In this document: positions 1 through 8,539 of the stretch, one piece after another | Layout: each line of letters begins with the position of its first letter | How positions within the stretch are numbered: position 1 is the first letter of the stretch | Source: Bacteroidales bacterium | GTDB taxonomy: Bacteria > Bacteroidota > Bacteroidia > Bacteroidales > VadinHA17 | Assembly (NCBI GenBank): GCA_049294075.1 | Contig: JBAQCK010000170.1 | Location: 5,593 to 69,592, forward strand | Direction: 5' to 3' | DNA: 64,000 bases | The notes under the pieces: model-generated | What the model was told of the DNA's origin: nothing | Seen by the model: only the letters and a program-made list of their open reading frames with translations | Databases searched by the model: none | Made by a program: the position numbers and the translations under genes

Positions 1-914
1 TTATTTTCGGTAACAACGGACTCAACGACATGACGGGGGTTTACGATCTCCTTCACAAAAAGATCATGGAATGCCGGAAACCTCTTTACCCGATACTGCC
101 TTCAATATCCAGTTCATTCAGGGAACTCGAATACTTTATGAGCAAGGGAAACGTGAATTTCCCCGATGAGGTTGTCCTGGGAAGAGCGCTGACCAGGATT
201 TACAACACTCCGCATCCCGCTGAGGAAAAAATCTTCCTCGACAAGGTTGACGTGCCGCAGATAAGAAGGGTTATCGACAGCTGCGAAAACGGGTACCTTG
301 AACCGGCAAGGATTCAGAAACTACTCAGGGCGGCAAACATTCCTCTTGTGAAGGAGGGAGTGGCCAAAACCCGTAAGGAGATCATAGAGCTTGCGGAAAA
401 CACCGGTTACCCCGTTGCACTGAAGGTAGTGGGTCCTGTCCACAAGTCGGATGTAGGCGGCGTGACGCTTAACATCAAGTCACAACGTCACCTCGAGGCT
501 GAATTCGCAAGGATGGAGAAAATTGAAGGCGTAACCGGCGTCATGGTCCAGGAAATGATAACAGGAACCGAACTTTTCATAGGCGCCAAATATGAGCCGA
601 GGTTCGGGCATATAATTCTTTGCGGACTCGGAGGGATCTTCGTCGAGGTTCTCGGCGATGTCTCCTCAGGTCTTGCTCCTCTTACCCTCAGCGAGGCCAT
701 TTCAATGATAAGGAGCCTGAGGGCATACAAAATTATAAAGGGTACCCGTGGAAAACCGGGAATCAACGAAGCTTTGTTCGCCGAGATAATAGTCCGCCTT
801 TCAACTCTGCTCCGTTTTGCCACCGAGATAAAGGAGCTCGACCTTAATCCCTTGATTGGCAGTGAGAAAAGTGTTACCGTGGTGGATGCAAGGATCAGAA
901 TCGGGAAAGGTTAA
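1..914 (+). CDS. ADP-forming acyl-CoA/acetyl-CoA synthetase family protein, C-terminal ATP-grasp portion (5' end lies outside the window)
   Basis: The frame is open from base 3 (IFGNNGLND precedes the first Met at 30). It has the ATP-grasp-like stretch YPVALKVVGPVHKSDVGGVTLNI and a C-terminal ELDLNPL, typical of the acetate--CoA ligase (ADP-forming) family. Confidence 0.7.
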   Translation, partial: IFGNNGLNDMTGVYDLLHKKIMECRKPLYPILPSISSSFRELEYFMSKGNVNFPDEVVLGRALTRIYNTPHPAEEKIFLDKVDVPQIRRVIDSCENGYLEPARIQKLLRAANIPLVKEGVAKTRKEIIELAENTGYPVALKVVGPVHKSDVGGVTLNIKSQRHLEAEFARMEKIEGVTGVMVQEMITGTELFIGAKYEPRFGHIILCGLGGIFVEVLGDVSSGLAPLTLSEAISMIRSLRAYKIIKGTRGKPGINEALFAEIIVRLSTLLRFATEIKELDLNPLIGSEKSVTVVDARIRIGKG

Positions 915-1061
915 TGATCCTTTTCCTGAATTATCTTCAAAATTTTACTTATGTTAGAGGACTTTTTCAGACTTAAATTTAACAAGCAACAAGCAATCCT
1001 CTTTCGCTAAAGCTTCAGAGGGCAAAGCCAGCAACCAGTAACCAGTTAAATCAATCTCACA

Positions 1062-1490
1062 ATGATAATCCCACAGCTTTCGGTCTTTCTTGAAAACAAG
1101 TCGGGGCGGCTTACCGAGGTCCTGGAAGTGCTCGGTAACGGCAGCATAAGGATAATTGCCCTTAGTATCGCCGATACGTCTGAATTCGGAATACTGCGCC
1201 TGATTGTTCAAGATCCCGACAAGGCAAAAGCATTGCTCAGGGAACAGCTTTTTACTGTCAATATCTCAGAAGTCATTTCAGTGAAGACTCCCAATGAGGC
1301 AAAGCATTACGCCCGATTGCTCAGGATACTTTCCGATCTTGATATCAGCGTTGAATACACCTATGCATTTGCTCACGGCTCTGATGCGCTGATAGTGCTC
1401 AGATGCAGCAACAACGATGATGCAGTAAAGGCACTAAGGGAAAATAAAATTGAGCTGTTAAGCTCGAAGGAGCTCTACGGGCTCCGGTGA
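1062..1490 (+). CDS. ACT domain-containing protein
   Basis: 142 aa. The N-terminus IIPQLSVFLENKSGRLTEVLEVLGNGSIRIIALSIADTSEFGILRLIV is the classic ACT beta-alpha-beta pattern. This family commonly neighbours phenylacetate-CoA ligase genes. Confidence 0.7.
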   Translation: MIIPQLSVFLENKSGRLTEVLEVLGNGSIRIIALSIADTSEFGILRLIVQDPDKAKALLREQLFTVNISEVISVKTPNEAKHYARLLRILSDLDISVEYTYAFAHGSDALIVLRCSNNDDAVKALRENKIELLSSKELYGLR

Positions 1491-1616
1491 GTGCCCGACT
1501 CATAGCTGGTCAGGGAATGCCGGCCGGAAGGTACAGGGACTTTTTAAAAAATGAACATCAGATCAAAAACAAATAATTCAAGGCAAATAACAACGGAACT
1601 AAAGGAAGATCAGGAA

Positions 1617-2075
1617 ATGGAAATCTGGAACAGGCATTTTGAGTGCATGGATCGTGATGAACTGAGGCGGGTTCAAAGTGAACCTCTGATTGAAACTGTT
1701 GAACGTGTTTATTTCAATGTTCCTTATTACAGGCATAAGATGCAGGAGGCTGGACGTGATCCCGAGACTCACGAGGTTCTGCCCGAAGGCTCTGTGGGAG
1801 AACTGGTTTTTACCACCCTCACAAAAGAGGGCCTTCCTCTTATCAGATACCGTACACGCGATCTCACCAGGCTTAACTACGGAAGATGCAAATGCGGGCG
1901 GACAATGGTCAGAATGGATAAGTGCCTCGGCAGGAGCGACGACATGCTGATCATCCGCGGAGTGAACCTTTTCCCTTCGCAGGTTGAAAGTGTTCTGCTT
2001 GAGAGGAGTGAGATAAAGCCTCATTATCAGCTTATTGTTGACAGGGTCAATAACCTCGACACCCGAAAATTTTAA
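1617..2075 (+). pseudogene. paaK: Phenylacetate--CoA ligase remnant (internal and C-terminal deletions)
   Basis: The N-terminal PaaK signature ([46 protein letters not shown]) joins directly to the C-terminal subdomain ([39 protein letters not shown]...[24 protein letters not shown]). It is 152 aa against about 430 aa for intact PaaK. The whole AMP-binding core is missing. Confidence 0.6.
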
Positions 2076-2084
2076 ACAATCATC

Positions 2085-3407
2085 ATGGTTAACATTCCAA
2101 TTCCTGAAGATATAATAGAGTCGGTGAAGGAGTCTGCCGGAATTCTTTCACCCGGTACTGCTTCAATCAGAGAGATTGTATCCCTGGTCAACCGAATCGA
2201 ACGGGAGACGGGAATCAGGTTCGTAAGGATGGAGATGGGTGTTCCCGGTCTGCCCTGCCCTGAAATCGGAACCAATGCTGAAATAGAAGCTCTGAAAAGC
2301 GGTGTGGGTTCACTCTATCCCGATATCGGCGGACTCCTTTCGCTTAAGGAGGAGGCCTCCCGATTTATTAAGCTCTTTCTCGACGTCAATATAAGCCCCA
2401 CAGGCTGCATCCCCACAGTGGGGTCGATGATGGGATCGCTTATCTGTTTCCTTGTAGCCAACAGGAACGACAGGAACAAAGAGGGCTCGCTGTTCATCGA
2501 TCCGGGATTCCCGGTTCAGAAACAACAGGTGAAGATGCTTGGCCACAACTATTTCTCATTCGATATATATAACTACCGCGGACAGAAACTTAGGGCGAAG
2601 CTTGAGTCGATCCTGGAAACAGGCAAGGTGTCGTCGCTCATATATTCCAATCCCAATAACCCCACCTGGATTTGCCTTAACGAGGAGGAACTTTCCATTA
2701 TAGGCGAACTATGCACGAAATATGATGTTATAGTAATAGAGGACCTTGCATATTTCGGGATGGACTTCAGAAAAGATTATCTTAACCCGGGGGAACCGCC
2801 TTTTCAACCTACGGTGGCCCGTTACATAGACGATTATGTCCTGCTTATTTCCAGCTCCAAGATCTTCAGTTATGCCGGACAGAGAATTGCCATAATGGCA
2901 ATTTCTGACCACCTGTTCAATCGTTCGTACCCCGATCTTCTAAGGTATTACTCATCTGAAAAGTTTGGCCATTCAGCTATTTTCGGGGCGCTATACGGGA
3001 TTTCGGCCGGAGTGACGCATTCTGTTCAGTATGGCCTTGCTGCCCTGCTGAAAGCGGTAAACGACGGTGAGTATAAATTCAGGGACGACATAATAGAGTA
3101 TGGTGAGAAGGCAAGGATCATGAAGGAGATCTTCACCGGAAACGGCTTCAGGATAACCTACGACAAGGATATTGATGAGCCCATCGCTGACGGATTTTAC
3201 TTCACAATTTCCTACCCGGGGATGACTGCCTCGGAACTGATTGATGCGCTTATTCCGTTCGGAGTAAGTGCTATTACTCTCAATACAACGGGAAGCGAGA
3301 GAAATGACGGCCTCAGGGCTTGCGTTTCGCAGGTTCCCCGTTCATTATTCGGTGATCTGGAATACCGACTGAAATGTTTCAGAGAAAAATATCCGGTAAA
3401 TAATTAA
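2085..3407 (+). CDS. Pyridoxal-phosphate-dependent aminotransferase (class I/II fold)
   Basis: 440 aa. Shows aminotransferase-like segments (SNPNNPTW, VIVIEDLAYFGMDF, SSSKIFSYAGQRI with the likely PLP lysine). Confidence 0.7.
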   Translation: MVNIPIPEDIIESVKESAGILSPGTASIREIVSLVNRIERETGIRFVRMEMGVPGLPCPEIGTNAEIEALKSGVGSLYPDIGGLLSLKEEASRFIKLFLDVNISPTGCIPTVGSMMGSLICFLVANRNDRNKEGSLFIDPGFPVQKQQVKMLGHNYFSFDIYNYRGQKLRAKLESILETGKVSSLIYSNPNNPTWICLNEEELSIIGELCTKYDVIVIEDLAYFGMDFRKDYLNPGEPPFQPTVARYIDDYVLLISSSKIFSYAGQRIAIMAISDHLFNRSYPDLLRYYSSEKFGHSAIFGALYGISAGVTHSVQYGLAALLKAVNDGEYKFRDDIIEYGEKARIMKEIFTGNGFRITYDKDIDEPIADGFYFTISYPGMTASELIDALIPFGVSAITLNTTGSERNDGLRACVSQVPRSLFGDLEYRLKCFREKYPVNN

Positions 3408-3417
3408 AAGACATAGT

Positions 3418-3642
3418 ATGGCAAAAATAAAAGGAAGCATCGTAGTCGATGTGGAGAGGTGTAAGGGATGCGAGATTTGTATGGTCTCGTGTCCCACCGG
3501 CACAATCGATATGGCCAGGGAGGTAAATGGCAAAGGCTACAATTACGCGTATCCGGCACACCCCGAGTTGTGTAATGGGTGCGCCAACTGCGCTATCGTA
3601 TGTCCCGACGGCGTGATAACAGTTTATAAAACAAAAGTATAG
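3418..3642 (+). CDS. 4Fe-4S dicluster ferredoxin (delta-type subunit of 2-oxoacid:ferredoxin oxidoreductase)
   Basis: 74 aa with two CxxCxxCxxxCP motifs (CKGCEICMVSCP and CNGCANCAIVCP). It sits directly upstream of the oxidoreductase subunits. Confidence 0.85.
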   Translation: MAKIKGSIVVDVERCKGCEICMVSCPTGTIDMAREVNGKGYNYAYPAHPELCNGCANCAIVCPDGVITVYKTKV

Positions 3643-3647
3643 CGGCC

Positions 3648-4718
3648 ATGGAAAGAGAATTAAGATTGATGAAGGGAAATGAGGCTGTAGCCGAGGCAGC
3701 AATCAGAGCCGGGGCTGACGGATATTTCGGATATCCCATAACGCCGCAGAGCGAGATAATTGAATATCTGATGGAGGCCAATCCCTATGAGACCACAGGA
3801 ATGGTGGTTTTACAGGCTGAAAGTGAAGTTGCTGCCATAAACATGGTTTACGGTGGAGCAGGTTGCGGCAAGAAAGTGATGACCACTTCATCGTCGCCCG
3901 GCATAAGCCTTATGCAGGAGGGAATAAGCTATATAGCAGGGGCTGAGCTGCCATGCCTTATTGTAAATGTTGTCAGGGGAGGCCCGGGGCTGGGAACCAT
4001 ACAACCTGCGCAGTCGGATTACTTTCAGGCAGTCAAGGGAGGCGGGCACGGCGATTACCACCTTATTGTCCTTGCACCGGCTTCGGTCCAGGAAATGGCC
4101 GATTTCGTCGGGCTGGGATTTGACCTTGCTTTTAAATACAGGAACCCGGTTATGATACTTTCCGACGGGGCTATCGGCCAGATGATGGAAAAAGTCTGGC
4201 TGAGCCCTAAAAAGGAAAGGTCGAAGGAAGTACCCGAATGGGCTACAACGGGCAAGCCTGCTACCAGGGAAAGAAATATAATTACATCCCTTGAACTGGA
4301 TCCTTTCAGGCAGGAAGTCTTTAACCAGAAACTGGTTGCAAAATACAATGAGATCAGGGAAAAAGAAGTCCGCTATGAAGAGTATCAGTGTGAGGACGCT
4401 GAATATCTGCTGGTTGCCTACGGAACAAGCTCCAGGGTGTGTCAGAAGGCAGTTCAGCTGGCCCGGGAACAGGGTATTAAGGCAGGATTGCTAAGGCCAA
4501 TCACCCTTTTCCCTTTCCCGTCGAAACAGATCAAAGCACTGGCCGACCATGTGAAAATGGCTATGGCAGTTGAGATGAGCGCCGGGCAAATGGTTGAGGA
4601 CGTTATGCTGGCGGTTGACGGGAAGGTTCCGGTCCACCACTTCGGCAGGATGGGAGGAATGTTACCTACACCTGATGAAGTTGTTGAAAACCTTAAAGGA
4701 AAGATAATAGGAGGCTGA
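3648..4718 (+). CDS. 2-oxoacid:ferredoxin oxidoreductase alpha subunit (VorB/KorA-like)
   Basis: 356 aa. MKGNEAVAEAAIRAGADGYFGYPITPQSEI is the canonical N-terminus of this subunit family. Confidence 0.85.
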   Translation: MERELRLMKGNEAVAEAAIRAGADGYFGYPITPQSEIIEYLMEANPYETTGMVVLQAESEVAAINMVYGGAGCGKKVMTTSSSPGISLMQEGISYIAGAELPCLIVNVVRGGPGLGTIQPAQSDYFQAVKGGGHGDYHLIVLAPASVQEMADFVGLGFDLAFKYRNPVMILSDGAIGQMMEKVWLSPKKERSKEVPEWATTGKPATRERNIITSLELDPFRQEVFNQKLVAKYNEIREKEVRYEEYQCEDAEYLLVAYGTSSRVCQKAVQLAREQGIKAGLLRPITLFPFPSKQIKALADHVKMAMAVEMSAGQMVEDVMLAVDGKVPVHHFGRMGGMLPTPDEVVENLKGKIIGG

Positions 4719-4721
4719 GAT

Positions 4722-5528
4722 ATGAAAGAAGTTACAGGAACCAAGGAATATATTAAGCCCGAGAATCTGGCTTACAGGAAATCATCCCTGCTTACTGATG
4801 ATATAATGCACTATTGCCCCGGCTGCGGCCATAGCACGACTCACAGGATACTTGCTGAAGTCATTGAGGAAGAAGGAATACAGCACGATATTATTGGGAT
4901 ATCCCCGGTGGGATGCTCCGTGTTCCTCTATAATTACCTGGATATCGACTGGCAGGAGGCTGCCCATGGCAGGGCTCCGGCACTGGCAACCGCAATAAAG
5001 AGGCTTCTTCCGGATAAATATGTATTTACTTACCAGGGCGACGGCGACCTCGCGGCAATCGGAACCGCGGAAACAATACACAGCTGCAACCGGGGTGAAA
5101 ACATACTCATTATTTTTATAAACAACGGGATATACGGGATGACCGGAGGCCAGATGGCTCCCACCACGCTTCCCGGAATGAAATCGTCGACATCACCCTA
5201 CGGCAGGGATGTCAAATCTATGGGCAATCCGTTGAAAATGACTGATATAGTTGCAACTCTCCCTGGAACTTATTATGTAACCAGACAAAGCGTGCACTCC
5301 CCGGTAAACGTCAGAAAGACAAAGAAAGCTATCCGTAAGGCATTTCAGTACCAGAAGCTGAACAGGGGTACCTGCTTTATTGAGATCGTTTCCAACTGTC
5401 CTTCGGGTTGGAAGATGACTCCAGTCCAGGCAAACAAGTGGATGGAAGAGAACATGTTTCCATATTATCCGCTGGGCGACCTTAAAGTGCCGGAAGAACA
5501 GCAGGGCCAACAACCTAAAACCGAGTAA
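4722..5528 (+). CDS. 2-oxoacid:ferredoxin oxidoreductase beta subunit (thiamine-diphosphate binding)
   Basis: 268 aa. Has the CPGCGH cysteine motif and the TPP-binding GDGD..NN pattern (YQGDGDLAAIG...IFINNGIYGMTGGQ). Confidence 0.85.
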   Translation: MKEVTGTKEYIKPENLAYRKSSLLTDDIMHYCPGCGHSTTHRILAEVIEEEGIQHDIIGISPVGCSVFLYNYLDIDWQEAAHGRAPALATAIKRLLPDKYVFTYQGDGDLAAIGTAETIHSCNRGENILIIFINNGIYGMTGGQMAPTTLPGMKSSTSPYGRDVKSMGNPLKMTDIVATLPGTYYVTRQSVHSPVNVRKTKKAIRKAFQYQKLNRGTCFIEIVSNCPSGWKMTPVQANKWMEENMFPYYPLGDLKVPEEQQGQQPKTE

Positions 5529-5529
5529 A

Positions 5530-6081
5530 ATGACAGAAGAGATTTTGATAGCCGGATTCGGAGGACAGGGAGTCCTCTCAATGGGCAAGATAATGGCTTA
5601 TTCAGGTATGATGCAGGATATGGAGGTTAGCTGGATGCCTTCGTACGGACCAGAGATGAGGGGAGGCACCGCCAACGTGATTGTGATACTCAGCAGCGAA
5701 AGGATCAGCTCTCCCATAATCAGGCATTTCGACACTGCAATAATACTTAACCAGCAGTCGATGGATAAATTCGAGCAGTCAGTCAAACCGGGCGGCCTAC
5801 TTATTTACGATGGAAACGGCATAACCAGGCATCCTGAAAGGACCGATATATCAATTTACAGGGTTGATGCCACCGAAGAGGCGGCCAGACTACAAAGTCC
5901 GAAGACATTCAATATGATCGTTCTCGGCGCATTTCTCAGGATCAAGCCGGTGCTTACAATGGACAATGTAATTGCCGGACTGAAGAAATCGCTGCCTGAG
6001 AGATACCATAAGATGATCCCGGAAAACGAGATATCACTCAGGAGAGGAGGAGAAATTATAAGGGAAGTACATAAGGTATAA
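5530..6081 (+). CDS. 2-oxoacid:ferredoxin oxidoreductase gamma subunit
   Basis: 183 aa. IAGFGGQGVLSMGKI and PSYGPEMRGGTANV are gamma-subunit signatures. Tightly packed behind the beta subunit. Confidence 0.8.
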   Translation: MTEEILIAGFGGQGVLSMGKIMAYSGMMQDMEVSWMPSYGPEMRGGTANVIVILSSERISSPIIRHFDTAIILNQQSMDKFEQSVKPGGLLIYDGNGITRHPERTDISIYRVDATEEAARLQSPKTFNMIVLGAFLRIKPVLTMDNVIAGLKKSLPERYHKMIPENEISLRRGGEIIREVHKV

Positions 6082-6089
6082 CTACAATA

Positions 6090-6683
6090 CTATTCGTAGA
6101 AATGCATCTCATTGATGTATTTCCAGACAGCCGGATTGAGATAGTACGACATATTTTTCCCTTTCCTGATCCCATTTCTTATAAATGTGCCTGAAATATC
6201 CATCAGCGGGGCATTGACCCATTTCACCCCCGCCTTCCTCAGGATTCCCTCAAGTTGTTCATTTTCCTTTTTCACTGTACCGGGCCGGGGATAAACATAG
6301 ATCGGGAAATTTCTCACAAGTTCTTCAGCGTTTTTCCACTTATTCAGTGTGTAAAGGTTGTCCTCGCCCATTACAAGCACGAACCTGTGATTCGGATACC
6401 TGTCGGTAAGGAGGGCCATTGTATCAATTGTATAAGATGGTGAAGGACGGTTAAACTCGATGTCGGACGATTTCAGGTCCGGATTTTCACCTATTGCAAG
6501 ATCGACAAGATAGAGCCTGTCGCGGTCGGAGAGCAGGGTTGTTTTCTTCTTGAGAGGATTCTGCGGGCTTACCACAAACCAGAGTTCGTCGAGGTCGGTG
6601 AATTCCTTCATATATCCTGCAATTGCAAAGTGTCCGATGTGAACCGGATTGAACGATCCGAAGAACAGGCCAATTTTTGACAT
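6090..6683 (-). CDS. nadD: Nicotinate-nucleotide adenylyltransferase
   Basis: 197 aa. GLFFGSFNPVHIGH nucleotidyltransferase motif and a C-terminal ISGTFIR motif. Confidence 0.85.
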   Translation of the reverse strand: MSKIGLFFGSFNPVHIGHFAIAGYMKEFTDLDELWFVVSPQNPLKKKTTLLSDRDRLYLVDLAIGENPDLKSSDIEFNRPSPSYTIDTMALLTDRYPNHRFVLVMGEDNLYTLNKWKNAEELVRNFPIYVYPRPGTVKKENEQLEGILRKAGVKWVNAPLMDISGTFIRNGIRKGKNMSYYLNPAVWKYINEMHFYE

Positions 6684-6748
6684 AGGGTTAAATATTTGCA
6701 GATTTTTCCTGTAAAGCTTCGGAACAGCGGTTAATGAGGCAGCTTCAG

Positions 6749-7315
6749 CTAACGGTCAAGGAAACTCTTCACAATAAGATAAACCTCCTGTTTAGCCTGG
6801 GCAAGATTGTCGTTGACCACTATGTTGTCGAACCTGTCCGACAGTATAATCTCCTCCTTAGCCTTTTCAATCCGGGTTCTTATCCTTTCCCTGTCGTCGG
6901 TTGCCCTTCCAAGAAGTCTGTTTTCCAGTTCCGGAACCGATGGCGGCATTATGAAGATTGAGATTGCTTCGGTGCCGTAAAGATTTTTCAGATTCAGGCC
7001 TCCCTTTACGTCGACATCAAATAACACGTTCATCCCTTTGTTCCTGATTCTTTCGATCTCACTCTTTAGTGTTCCGTAACGGTAACCTTTGTAGACCTCT
7101 TCCCATTCGGCAAATTCATCATTATTTACTTTTACCGTGAACTCCTCCGCAGAGATGAACCAGTATTCCCTCCCGTTTTTTTCATTTCCCCTTGGCGGCC
7201 TGGTGGTGGCAGAAATCGAAAACTCCAGATCCAGTCCTTTTTCGAGAAGATGGTTCACAATAGTAGTCTTTCCTGCTCCTGAAGGGGCTGATATTATAAC
7301 AAGCCTGCCTTTCAT
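6749..7315 (-). CDS. gmk: Guanylate kinase
   Basis: 188 aa. P-loop SAPSGAGKTT plus the TTRPPRGNE..G.EY.F guanylate kinase signature. Confidence 0.9.
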   Translation of the reverse strand: MKGRLVIISAPSGAGKTTIVNHLLEKGLDLEFSISATTRPPRGNEKNGREYWFISAEEFTVKVNNDEFAEWEEVYKGYRYGTLKSEIERIRNKGMNVLFDVDVKGGLNLKNLYGTEAISIFIMPPSVPELENRLLGRATDDRERIRTRIEKAKEEIILSDRFDNIVVNDNLAQAKQEVYLIVKSFLDR

Positions 7316-7334
7316 TCTTCTTAAGGTTGAGATC

Positions 7335-8210
7335 TTATAAAATATTGTTTACCTGTTCCTTAATCTTTTCAAGCTCATCCTTCATTCTTACAACGAGTTT
7401 CTGGATCGAAGCATCGTTAGCTTTCGATCCCAGGGTGTTTATTTCCCTTCCTATCTCCTGAGCAATGAAACTCAGTACTTTTCCGTTCGGAGAAGGTGAG
7501 TCGATTGTTTCCAGGAAATACTCGCAATGCTTTTTCAGCCTCACCTTCTCCTCGTTTATGTCAAATTTCTCAAGGTAGAAAATCAGTTCCTGCTCAAACC
7601 TGTTTTTGTCCATGTTTTCTGTTCCATTGTGATCGCTGAGAATTGCCCAAAGTTTTTCCCTTACCTTTTCGATCCTGCCGGGCTCAAATTTTTCCACCTC
7701 CTCAAGCGAATCAAGAATCCCTGATATCCTCTTCCTGAGGTCGGCCTCTATCGATTTTCCTTCTTCGATGCGGTACAGATCAAGCACTTTTACCGACTCG
7801 GTTATACGTTCCTTTACTGTTTTCCACTCGTCTTCGGGCAACTCAAGCTTTTCAGTTTTAAGAGAATCGGGTAGCCTCATTATTATGGGCATTAACTGAT
7901 CGTCGATGTTGATATCAATCTCGGAGGCAAGTTCCCTGAGCTGCCTGAAATAGTTTTTCACAATTGTCTTGTTTATTATTGGTATTCCTTCATCTTCGAG
8001 ATTGTCGAAGTAAATGGAGAAATCGATTTTGCCCCTGTCGAGCAGCTGACTTATTATATTCCTTATCTCCAGCTCCTTTTCCTTATAAAGCCAGGGTACT
8101 TTTGTGTTCAGGTCCAATTGCTTGGAATTCAGTGATCTGATCTCTACAGTAATCTTTTTCTGAGGTGTTTCGGCTATGGATTTCCCGTAACCGGTCATGG
8201 ATTTGATCAT
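7335..8210 (-). CDS. yicC: YicC family stress-induced protein
   Basis: MIKSMTGYG N-terminus and C-terminal EIGREINTLGSKAN motif. I prefer the ATG at 8210 over the TTG at 8219 used by the ORF track. Confidence 0.8.
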   Translation of the reverse strand: MIKSMTGYGKSIAETPQKKITVEIRSLNSKQLDLNTKVPWLYKEKELEIRNIISQLLDRGKIDFSIYFDNLEDEGIPIINKTIVKNYFRQLRELASEIDINIDDQLMPIIMRLPDSLKTEKLELPEDEWKTVKERITESVKVLDLYRIEEGKSIEADLRKRISGILDSLEEVEKFEPGRIEKVREKLWAILSDHNGTENMDKNRFEQELIFYLEKFDINEEKVRLKKHCEYFLETIDSPSPNGKVLSFIAQEIGREINTLGSKANDASIQKLVVRMKDELEKIKEQVNNIL

Positions 8211-8373
8211 ATATGTCAAGGTTAGAGCTGAAAGGTACGAATTCCAGTTGTTTTAATAAAAAATGTTAAAAAGAATATTAAAAAATGGCTGTTAATAGAT
8301 TGATTATCTGTAGTATAATTGAGATCGACAGTGAATTTTCAGCTTCTTTCGTATTGATTTTGTTATCTTTGCA

Positions 8374-8381
8374 TAAATTAA
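8374..8381 (+). promoter_or_regulatory. Candidate Bacteroidota -7 promoter box (TATCTTTG)
   Basis: Exact match to TAnnTTTG on the + strand, about 160 nt upstream of the 8540 start. This implies a long leader. Confidence 0.35.
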
Positions 8382-8539
8382 ACGTCTTATCTGACGTTAT
8401 GATTTATATCTTGAACAGGTAAATCTTGATCAAAACCATTGCTTATGAAACCCACATGTATCAAATACACAAACACGTATGTATATAATTTTCAAATATG
8501 TGGGTTCCATCAGACCTTTAAAATCAAAATTATATACTG

